This document shows positions 8,440 to 16,786 of a DNA stretch of 64,000 bases, one piece after another. Under the pieces are notes generated by a model. The model searched no databases and had not been told where the DNA came from. It was given only the letters and a program-made list of their open reading frames with translations. The position numbers were made by a program, and so were the translations under genes. The stretch is from Sphingobacteriales bacterium (GTDB lineage: Bacteria; Bacteroidota; Bacteroidia; Sphingobacteriales; Sphingobacteriaceae), in assembly GCA_043763845.1 (NCBI GenBank), contig JAYULE010000185.1, positions 10,853-74,852 on the forward strand, given 5' to 3'. Position 1 is the stretch's first letter, and the number at the start of each line of letters is the position of its first letter.

Positions 8440-11322
8440 TTAAAATTTTCGCAAAAAAGTAAAGTATAAATCAAACTGATTGCGGAAAATTGTATTGTTT
8501 ATTTTTTGGTTTATCCAATTTGCATTTACCCCTACCGATGTTCGGTATTTAAAAGTTTTTTGGTACCCTACTCCAACATTCCCACTTGCTACACCTTGTA
8601 ACGATGGAAATTGTATAATTGTACTTACATCATCGGGCGAATTACCAATCCCAGCGTTAAACGATACAAATTCTTGTGCATTATTCATATAATGCCTTCC
8701 TGTAAAGTTGGCCACTTGGTAAAAGTTGTTGTTTTGGTCTCGTACTAAAAAACCTCGTAAATTAAACCAAAAGTCTTTGTAAGTTTTTGCTGCCGATGCT
8801 ACAAATGAAACGGCTTTAAAGTTTATGTTTTTAAAATAACGTAAACCTACCTCGCCTTCCCAAGTTTTATTTAACATTCTAAAAGCCGAGTAGCGCAACA
8901 AAATTTGTGGAAAAACTATTTGGTTTGAAATTGCCGCCGTAGCATACGAATATAATTTGGGGTTATGGTTGTAGTACAACTCTAACTCGGCCTGTATGCC
9001 AGTTCCTAAGTTGCGGGCTGCGTAATTTACACGGCCAGCATAAGCACCTTTGCCTTTGTTTAAAAAATGGCGGTACTCAACAGTTGCAATATTAAAAGGT
9101 GCAATGTTCTCATCATCAAACCGGGTATTTAAATAAAACAAGCCAAACTGATCTTTATACGATTTACTTTTAAGCATTGCCGCATAATCTAAATTTGCCA
9201 ACGATGGGTTTATTTTTACTAGCGAATCTGCCGCTAAAATTGCTTCAGAATATAATTTTTGACCGGCAAAATATTCGGTGCGACGTAACAGAAAATATTC
9301 GCTTTTTGGGTGAGCTGCAATACCAGTATTTATGTATTTTAAAGTAGAATCGTTTTGGTTTTTATCTTTAAGCGTGTTTACGGTATAAATTAAAGCCATA
9401 GAATCGCTTGGCGAAACGCTTAACGCTTTTTGATACTCCAACAAAGCACTATCGGGCAAATTTACTTTTTGGTAAGCCCTACCTGCTGCAATAGTTTGCG
9501 AAATGTACGATTTTTTGTAAGCCGTTTTATACGGATACCTAACCATTAAGTTGTTACTTATGGTGTAAGCTTCTTTAAAGTTTTTCATATCCTCTAAAAC
9601 TGCCGATTTTTTTAGCAACAATTCTTTATTATCGGGATTGTTATTTAAAGCTGTATTTAAGTACCTTAATGCCTGATTGTAATTTTTACTGCCGCTTTCT
9701 AAATTTATGAGATAATTTAAAGCTTCCACGTTATTAGGTTGTTTGGCAATTACGTTAAGCAATTGTTCTCGGGCTTCATCAAAATCTTCGGTTTTCATAA
9801 AACCGCTGCCAGCTGCCATACTTTGATCAATATAAATACCCAAGTATTTGCTATTGTTTGGTTTTTTTTGCACCAGTTTTTTCGATACCACAATAGCATC
9901 TTCTACATTACCAGCATCAAACAAAATACTCGATTTTTTTAATAATAAATTTTCATCATTGGGGTAAAGTTTCAAACTCCTATCAATTGTTTCTAAAGCT
10001 TTATCGTATTTTTTTTGTGATACGTATATGTTACTTAGGTTGTTTAAAGCGTAGCTATTTCGGGCATCTAAACCTAATGCAATTTTATATTCTACAATTG
10101 CCGAATCGGGCATTTGTTGTGCTATAAAATCTTTGGCACTGGCCAGTTTAAGTTCTAATAAAGTTTGGCGGTATTTGGTATTGTTGCGGGCATACAACTT
10201 TTTTGCTATGTAACCTGCTTGTGTATATTTTTTTTGATAAGTTAAAATATCCACCTTGTTTGATAGTAAAAATTCTTCGTTGGGGTTATTTTTTAAAGTT
10301 TTGTTAATGTAACCTAAAGCGGTATTATATTGTTCGCGGGTAATGTTTAGCGATATAAGTTTGTTAATTATTTCTCGGTTGCCCGGAGATTTTTCGGCTA
10401 AACCTTCATACAAAGTGTAGGGGTCTTTATTGGCATAAAAACGAGCAGCAGTAAGCCTTAATTCATTTTCTCGTTTACGGGCATCGGAGTTTGGGTAAAG
10501 ATTGGCAGCATAGTTTAACACACTTAAAGCTTCGGCATATTGGTAGTTATCTTCTAAAATTGCCGCTTTTTTTAGTAACAATGGGTACGATTTTGGATTT
10601 TCTAACAAATTTTTGTTTAATCGTTCCTGAATAGCCTGCGTATTTCCGCTTTTATTGTAAGCGCTAAATAAATATTCGTTTGCTTCGCGGTTTTCGGGCT
10701 CAACTTCTAAAGCTTTTTGATAATGGGCAATGGCCGATAATGTATTTTTACGGCGCATATAATACAAGCCAGTAGTAATATGATGGTAAACATAGGCTCG
10801 CTCTACGGTGCTATCGTTATGAAAACGTTTTAATAAATAGTCGGCATGGTCGTTACCTTTGTAAATGTAACGGGCGGTATCTAAAATCGCTAATTTTTTC
10901 AACAACAAAAACTTATCAAGTGGGTAATAATACAATCCATCATCAACAAAACATAAAGCATCTTCAAAATGACCATTTTTAAGTTCAATATTTGTTGCAT
11001 AATAATAAGCATCAATATATCGTGGTTCTCGTTCTAAAACATCTTTAACTTCTATTAAGGCTAGCTTGTTTTGGTTTGTTAGCATATATAGTTTAGCCAA
11101 TAAAATTTGTGCATCCGAAAAATTATTGCGTTGGGATAATGATGCTTTTACCAATGTAATTGCTTTTTTGTAGTGTTTGGCTTGGGTTTCTAGTATGGCT
11201 TTATTGTACAATACATCGGCCTGGTTTTGAAAAATATTTTGTGCAGCTAAATTAAACGATGTTGTTAGCAAAAAACATACAAGTACAAGTTTCATTAATT
11301 TTATCTTTTTAAAATTTTCCAT
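8440..11322 (-). CDS. Outer-membrane exopolysaccharide export protein candidate: N-terminal TPR array plus C-terminal beta-barrel (PgaA/BcsC/YaiO-like architecture)
   Basis: I moved the start to the ATG at 11322 (MENFKKIKLMKLVLVCFLLTTSFNLAAQ, a signal peptide) because the longer ORF would run over the upstream stop at 11328. About 700 aa carry TPR-like repeats. The last ~250 aa are beta-strand-like and end with an aromatic residue (...LYFTFLRKF). Confidence 0.65.
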   Translation of the reverse strand: MENFKKIKLMKLVLVCFLLTTSFNLAAQNIFQNQADVLYNKAILETQAKHYKKAITLVKASLSQRNNFSDAQILLAKLYMLTNQNKLALIEVKDVLEREPRYIDAYYYATNIELKNGHFEDALCFVDDGLYYYPLDKFLLLKKLAILDTARYIYKGNDHADYLLKRFHNDSTVERAYVYHHITTGLYYMRRKNTLSAIAHYQKALEVEPENREANEYLFSAYNKSGNTQAIQERLNKNLLENPKSYPLLLKKAAILEDNYQYAEALSVLNYAANLYPNSDARKRENELRLTAARFYANKDPYTLYEGLAEKSPGNREIINKLISLNITREQYNTALGYINKTLKNNPNEEFLLSNKVDILTYQKKYTQAGYIAKKLYARNNTKYRQTLLELKLASAKDFIAQQMPDSAIVEYKIALGLDARNSYALNNLSNIYVSQKKYDKALETIDRSLKLYPNDENLLLKKSSILFDAGNVEDAIVVSKKLVQKKPNNSKYLGIYIDQSMAAGSGFMKTEDFDEAREQLLNVIAKQPNNVEALNYLINLESGSKNYNQALRYLNTALNNNPDNKELLLKKSAVLEDMKNFKEAYTISNNLMVRYPYKTAYKKSYISQTIAAGRAYQKVNLPDSALLEYQKALSVSPSDSMALIYTVNTLKDKNQNDSTLKYINTGIAAHPKSEYFLLRRTEYFAGQKLYSEAILAADSLVKINPSLANLDYAAMLKSKSYKDQFGLFYLNTRFDDENIAPFNIATVEYRHFLNKGKGAYAGRVNYAARNLGTGIQAELELYYNHNPKLYSYATAAISNQIVFPQILLRYSAFRMLNKTWEGEVGLRYFKNINFKAVSFVASAAKTYKDFWFNLRGFLVRDQNNNFYQVANFTGRHYMNNAQEFVSFNAGIGNSPDDVSTIIQFPSLQGVASGNVGVGYQKTFKYRTSVGVNANWINQKINNTIFRNQFDLYFTFLRKF

Positions 11323-11327
11323 AATAT

Positions 11328-12842
11328 TTAAGCAGGTTGTACAATTGTTTTTTTGGTAAAACCTTGTCGTTGCATATTTCCCCATTTTTGTTCGGTACTA
11401 AATATAAAAAACACGTATCCGCGTAATGCGAAAAAAACAATTAATGGGTGGTATAAAATAGGTTCTAAAAAAGCCATTAAGCTTAACCCAACAACTTCTT
11501 TCCAAGATTTATAATAACGGTAAGTAAGTTGATCCCAAAGTATGGCAAAAGTGCTTATCATAACCGAATAGAGGTAAACAAATAGCAGTAATATTATTGC
11601 AAAGTGCCAATTTATTTGTCCGGTAATAATAATGTAGATATAATATAAAATACCTGTAAACTCAATAATTGGGGCTAAAAGTTCGAAAAATAAGTTATAA
11701 GGAAATATTACCCAGCCAAGCTTACCATATTTTGGGTTTAAAATAGCTTTTTTATGTATTTTCATAATTTGAGCCAAGCCCCTACCCCAGCGGGTACGTT
11801 GGCGACTAAATATTTTGAGGTTTGGTGGTCCCTCTGTCCAGCATTGTGTGGTAGGTATGTAGCGTATGGCATATTTTTTACCGTTATCAATCATGTACAT
11901 ACACATACGGGTCATAATATCCATATCCTCGGCAAACGATTTATGGTCGTACCCGCCTGCTTTAATGGCAATATCTTTATCAAACAAACCCAAACCGCCC
12001 GATATGTTGGGTACGCAATTCATCATACTCCAACCCATTTTACCTAATACATAAGAGCGTATGTATTCTAATTCTTGAAACCTAGGAATTAATTTTTTTG
12101 GAGGGCGGATGCGTGTAATTACCCCTTCATCTATTTCGCAAGAGTTTGCTACACGTAAAGTTGCACCCGTAGCAATTACACGTTGGCTATTTTCTACAAT
12201 GTGTTGATAACCACACTCTCCGCAAGGTTCGCCTATTAATTTTATGGTCGAGTTTTGTTCGTCCATAAAGGGTTTAATCATTTTTAGGAGGGTATCTTTT
12301 TCTATAATACAATCAACATCTGTACATAAAAAATAATCAAAAACCGATGCGTTAATGCCAACATTGGCACCATCGGCTTTACATTTACCGTTTATTTTAT
12401 CAACCACCAAAAGTTTATCGTATGCAATGTTTTGCGATTTAAAAAAGCGTTTTACTTGTTGGGTTTGTATGCGTGGGTTGTAAGCAAAATCAACTTCGGT
12501 TAATTCAAACTCGGTAACCAGTTTTTCTAGGGTATCATCGGTACTGCCATCGTTAATAATAATTACTTCGTAGCGTGGGTAGTTTAGGGTTAGCAGCGAT
12601 CGTACGTTTTGTATAATTGTTACGCCTTCGTTAAAAGCTGGGGCAATTATTGAAATACCTGGTGCCAACGGCGATTGAAGTATTTTTGTATAATCAATAT
12701 ATGTATTTTTTTTTTGAAACCGCCGTATGCTAATAAAAGATAAAATTGCTAGCAGTGCATAAAGAGCAAGTAACCCTAAACCGTAAACAAAAATTACGTT
12801 TTCGAAAACATATCCTACAGTTTGCCAAAATGATAATTCCAT
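11328..12842 (-). CDS. Processive family-2 glycosyltransferase (PgaC/IcaA/cellulose-synthase-like polysaccharide synthase), copy A
   Basis: N-terminal TM helix, INDGSTDDT, the DxD-type TDVDCI, GGLGLF, and QRTRWGRG (the QxxRW motif of processive beta-glycosyltransferases). C-terminal TM helices follow. It resembles copy B along its whole length. Confidence 0.8.
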   Translation of the reverse strand: MELSFWQTVGYVFENVIFVYGLGLLALYALLAILSFISIRRFQKKNTYIDYTKILQSPLAPGISIIAPAFNEGVTIIQNVRSLLTLNYPRYEVIIINDGSTDDTLEKLVTEFELTEVDFAYNPRIQTQQVKRFFKSQNIAYDKLLVVDKINGKCKADGANVGINASVFDYFLCTDVDCIIEKDTLLKMIKPFMDEQNSTIKLIGEPCGECGYQHIVENSQRVIATGATLRVANSCEIDEGVITRIRPPKKLIPRFQELEYIRSYVLGKMGWSMMNCVPNISGGLGLFDKDIAIKAGGYDHKSFAEDMDIMTRMCMYMIDNGKKYAIRYIPTTQCWTEGPPNLKIFSRQRTRWGRGLAQIMKIHKKAILNPKYGKLGWVIFPYNLFFELLAPIIEFTGILYYIYIIITGQINWHFAIILLLFVYLYSVMISTFAILWDQLTYRYYKSWKEVVGLSLMAFLEPILYHPLIVFFALRGYVFFIFSTEQKWGNMQRQGFTKKTIVQPA

Positions 12843-12846
12843 ATAA

Positions 12847-14286
12847 TTAAGATTTTACGTTAGTTAAAGTGGTATTGGTAAAGCCACGGCGTTCCATGTT
12901 TCCCCAAGTGTGTTTTCGCCGGGTTAAAAAGAAAAAATATCCTTTTATAGAAAACAAAACAATAAATGGGTGGAAAAGAAAAAACTCTAAAAAACTGGTT
13001 ATACATAAACGTATTACTTCGCCCCACGATTTGTAATACCTAAAGGTTACTTGATCCCATAGTATGGCAACGGTTGATATCATTACCGCATAAGTGTATA
13101 CAAAAATTAGTAGTAATATGGCAAAATGCCAGTTTATTAAGCCAAACCAAATTAGAAATATCAAGTACAGAGTACCAATAAACTCTATAACTGGGGCTAA
13201 TAACTCAAAAAATAGTATGTAAGGAAAGGCTATCATACCCATTTTTCCGTAACGCGGATTAAATATTAAACTAAAATGAGACGATACAATTTGCGCCAGC
13301 CCTCTTGCCCAACGTGTACGCTGGCGCATTAAGGTTTTTAGGCTGTTTGGACCCTCTGTCCAACAAAGGGTTATAGGTACATAAGTAATAATGTACTTTA
13401 TTTTATTATCAACCGAGTAGCGGCACATACGGATTATTAAATCCATATCCTCGCCAAAGGATAAAAAATCGTACCCGCCTGCTTTAATGGCAATATCTTT
13501 ATAAAACAACCCTAAACCACCCGATACGTTTGAAACGCAATTTATATATCCCCAGCCTACTTTACCCATCACAAACGAACGTATGTATTCTATTTCTTGG
13601 AAACGTGGAATAAGGCTTTTTGGTGGACGCATACGGGTTATAATGGTACCATCAAAATCGCATGAGTTTGCAATACGTAAAGTGGCTCCGGTGGCTATAA
13701 CTAAACCATCGGGCTTTTTCATTATGGGTTCTACCAATTTTAAAAGTGTGTCTTTATCTAAAATACAATCTACATCGGTACATAAAAAATACTTATAGGC
13801 AGCTAAATTTACGCCTGCATTTGAGGCATCGGCTTTGCTTTTGCCGTTTTCTTTATCAATTACAATTAATTTTGAGAAAGCCGATAGTTTAGATTTGTAG
13901 ATACCTTTTACAGGCTGGGTTTTAATTTTGGGGTTGTAGGCATACTCTACCAAAATTAAATCAAACTCATCAATCATTAATTGCAATGTTTTATCGGTAC
14001 TGCCATCGTTTACTATGATAACTTCAAAAACTGGGTAATTTAAAGTAAGTAATGATTTTACGTTAGCTAATATGGTTAAGCCTTCGTTAAAAGCCGGCGC
14101 AATTACCGATATGCCTGGTATTAATGGCGAACTAATAAGCGCTGCGTAATCAAAATACTTAATTTTTTTAACGTAAGTGGTAATTGCTATAATAGAAAAT
14201 AAAGCTAAAATTGCATAAATAATTAAAAGCGTAAAACCATAAACAAATATGGTGCTTTCGTAAAACGATGTAATAATTTCCCACAT
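12847..14286 (-). CDS. Processive family-2 glycosyltransferase, copy B (tandem paralogue of 11328-12842)
   Basis: VNDGSTDKT, TDVDCI, GGLGLF and QRTRWARG, with the same TM layout. The gap to copy A is 4 nt. Confidence 0.8.
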   Translation of the reverse strand: MWEIITSFYESTIFVYGFTLLIIYAILALFSIIAITTYVKKIKYFDYAALISSPLIPGISVIAPAFNEGLTILANVKSLLTLNYPVFEVIIVNDGSTDKTLQLMIDEFDLILVEYAYNPKIKTQPVKGIYKSKLSAFSKLIVIDKENGKSKADASNAGVNLAAYKYFLCTDVDCILDKDTLLKLVEPIMKKPDGLVIATGATLRIANSCDFDGTIITRMRPPKSLIPRFQEIEYIRSFVMGKVGWGYINCVSNVSGGLGLFYKDIAIKAGGYDFLSFGEDMDLIIRMCRYSVDNKIKYIITYVPITLCWTEGPNSLKTLMRQRTRWARGLAQIVSSHFSLIFNPRYGKMGMIAFPYILFFELLAPVIEFIGTLYLIFLIWFGLINWHFAILLLIFVYTYAVMISTVAILWDQVTFRYYKSWGEVIRLCITSFLEFFLFHPFIVLFSIKGYFFFLTRRKHTWGNMERRGFTNTTLTNVKS

Positions 14287-14292
14287 AATGTT

Positions 14293-15456
14293 TTAAAACT
14301 TAATTAAAGGGTTCATACAATGTTTTAAAATAAGTAGGTTTTCTTTGGTAGCGGTTTCTAATAAAAGTTGTATGGTTTCTTGTGCGTGGGCACCACCTTT
14401 AATTATTGATCGGGCTGCGTTTTTTCTTAAATCAAAATCGCTGGAGTGTAAAAACTCGTATTTAAGAAAACTAATTGATTTTCCACTTCTTATTCTTCCC
14501 AATGCTTTTAAAATTTCTATTTGGCAGTTTAGGGTTTGGTTGCTATAAATATTTAAAAGTTTGTCTTCAACTTCATCAACTTTAAGCTTGCCCAAACAAT
14601 TTATTGCGTTTGCCCTAAGTTCGTGGTCTTTGGTATCTAAAAGTTTTATTACTGCGGGTATTCCATCAACTTGGTTATAGTAAACAATTAATTTTAAGCA
14701 AAACGAAACAATACTTTTATTAGACGAATAGGTTACCCAACGGGCAAAATTTGGTATGGCAATGTTTTCGGTGGTGGTAATAATTTTAAAGAGTTGTATT
14801 TGATCCCACATTAATAAAGGTTCGGTTACTACATCAAAAAATTTAAAGGGCTCGTTTTTACTTAGTTTAATGTAAGCGTGGCGAGCTTCGGACCGTAATT
14901 CGCTGTTTTTACTGTTAGTTAATGGTAAAATATTAACATCGGCAATAGACATATCCATAGCGGTTAATTCTACCAAGGCTACCACTTTTTTATCCCATTT
15001 AACAGATTTCATTTTGTTAAACGATTTTTTATCCAATTCTAAATCAATATACAATTGGCGTAAATAAAATGCCATTGTGCCTTTAAAGCTTTTACGGAAG
15101 TTTATATTACGATCTATTAAAGCTTGCTTACCAAATGCCGATTTGAAAGGCGTTTTTAAAAAATCACTTAGCGGTATAAGTTGCGGTTGTTCGCCTTCTT
15201 CTAAATCTTTATTTAAATCTTCGTTAAAAATAATGTGCTTTAAAATAAGCTCGTCAATTAAGGGATTAATTTTTTCTAACTTTTTTTCTAAACGATACCC
15301 TTTATACCTTTTTAATAATATTGATGAATAAGTTATTAAAATAGCCAGTATAGAAAAAGCTATAAAAAAAACAGCAATTTGTATTATTAATGGGGCAAAA
15401 TAAAACTCTTGTAATAATTGCGATGTGCTTCTTTCTGTTAGGTAACTAAAATCCAT
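14293..15456 (-). CDS. Inner-membrane HEAT-repeat protein
   Basis: N-terminal TM helix (APLIIQIAVFFIAFSILAILITYSSILL). The C-terminal half has HEAT/PBS-lyase-type repeats (ELRSEARHAYIKL, DHELRANAINCLGKL, QIEILKALGRI, DFDLRKNAARSI). Gaps are 6 nt to the next gene and 9 nt to the previous one. Confidence 0.6.
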   Translation of the reverse strand: MDFSYLTERSTSQLLQEFYFAPLIIQIAVFFIAFSILAILITYSSILLKRYKGYRLEKKLEKINPLIDELILKHIIFNEDLNKDLEEGEQPQLIPLSDFLKTPFKSAFGKQALIDRNINFRKSFKGTMAFYLRQLYIDLELDKKSFNKMKSVKWDKKVVALVELTAMDMSIADVNILPLTNSKNSELRSEARHAYIKLSKNEPFKFFDVVTEPLLMWDQIQLFKIITTTENIAIPNFARWVTYSSNKSIVSFCLKLIVYYNQVDGIPAVIKLLDTKDHELRANAINCLGKLKVDEVEDKLLNIYSNQTLNCQIEILKALGRIRSGKSISFLKYEFLHSSDFDLRKNAARSIIKGGAHAQETIQLLLETATKENLLILKHCMNPLIKF

Positions 15457-15465
15457 GATACTAAA

Positions 15466-15837
15466 TTATTGGCCAATAAGCCTTTTAACTCTTATTAGTA
15501 ATTCGCCAGCCATTATTGGTTTCTTTAAAAAATCATCGGCACCAAGTTTAAACGCCTCTAAAATAGAATCTTCGTTTCCAACGCTTGATACTACAATTAC
15601 TGGTATTTTAGCAAATGTATTTTGTGTTCTAATTTTACTTAAAATTTCAAAACCGTTGGCATATGGCATCATAATATCGGTAATAACCAATTTATAATCA
15701 AAATTGCTAGCAATTAATTTTTCCATGGCTTCTTTTCCATTGCTAGCTACATCAACAAAATAACCTTCTCTTGTTAATATTTTATCAACAATATTTTGCA
15801 TCAACAATTCGTCTTCTATATATAGTATTTTGTGCAT
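15466..15837 (-). CDS. Stand-alone CheY-like response-regulator receiver with no output domain
   Basis: ILYIEDE, VITDIMMPYANG, VVSS and LKKP are receiver signatures. At 123 aa there is no room for an output domain. Confidence 0.85.
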   Translation of the reverse strand: MHKILYIEDELLMQNIVDKILTREGYFVDVASNGKEAMEKLIASNFDYKLVITDIMMPYANGFEILSKIRTQNTFAKIPVIVVSSVGNEDSILEAFKLGADDFLKKPIMAGELLIRVKRLIGQ

Positions 15838-16786
15838 AAAGCTTTTTAAGTTTAATAAAATTTAACAAAAAGTTAAAAAATCTATTTCATGGATGATTTA
15901 ATATGTACTTATTTTTTTTAATTATGTTTCAAAATTATTAATATTTAGGGTAAAAAATGCCATTTGTATATTTAATATCAATAAATACTGCATTATGTAG
16001 TAGCTAAAAGGGCGCAAAAGTTAAAAATATGTTAATTTAACATTAAAACAAATAAATAGTGGCAAAATTTATATCGTTAAATCAAAAAAAATACATTTTT
16101 AATTAATTTAATTTCCAAATTTTAGATTAACAAAATTTTTTTATGAGTCAATATCTGTATCCTTAAGTCAATAGTTTTTACATACCTTAATTTTGAAAAT
16201 TGTAAGAATGTAATGATAACTAAAATCGAATTTTGTATTCCACACTATAATATCCATAAAATTCAAAGTATTAAAAAAAAAACGAAACGGTTTTGACATA
16301 CGATATTCATCAGCTTCAAATTTTTACGCATCTTTAAAACACCAAACATTTATAAATAAATTTGAATAATAAAACGATATATATATACACTAAGTACCCA
16401 AATTAAATATAAAATAAAAATTACTAAATGGTGAAATATTTTTTTATTGATGTTTTTAATATAGGTTATAATTAAAACCAAAACGTGTGAAAAAATAAAA
16501 AATTTTTAACTGTTTTGTTCATAAACTGGGATGCAAAATTTCGAACTTCTTTTATTAAATTAGAAAAATATTTTGCAGGTATAAAATTTGATAAATGTTA
16601 TTAATGGGGATTTTAAATTTTATTTTATGACAAATTCTTGTAAATAGTGGAATTTATTTTACACAATAGTTTTCTTATAATCAGTATATTAAAAATATTA
16701 TCAAAACATTTACTTTAACTTTTACCTAATTTCAACATTAACAATTACTAATATATTTAGTTTAGCCAAATAACGTCTTAAATTTT

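Noticed and set aside
11323-11385. Longer N-terminus (MGKYATTRFYQKNNCTTCLNI...) for the TPR/barrel protein, and similarly the 54628 start for the lipoprotein and the 28957 start for the giant ORF
   Set aside because: The extensions overlap the upstream gene end or a terminator hairpin. They also precede a much better signal peptide or start context at the internal Met.
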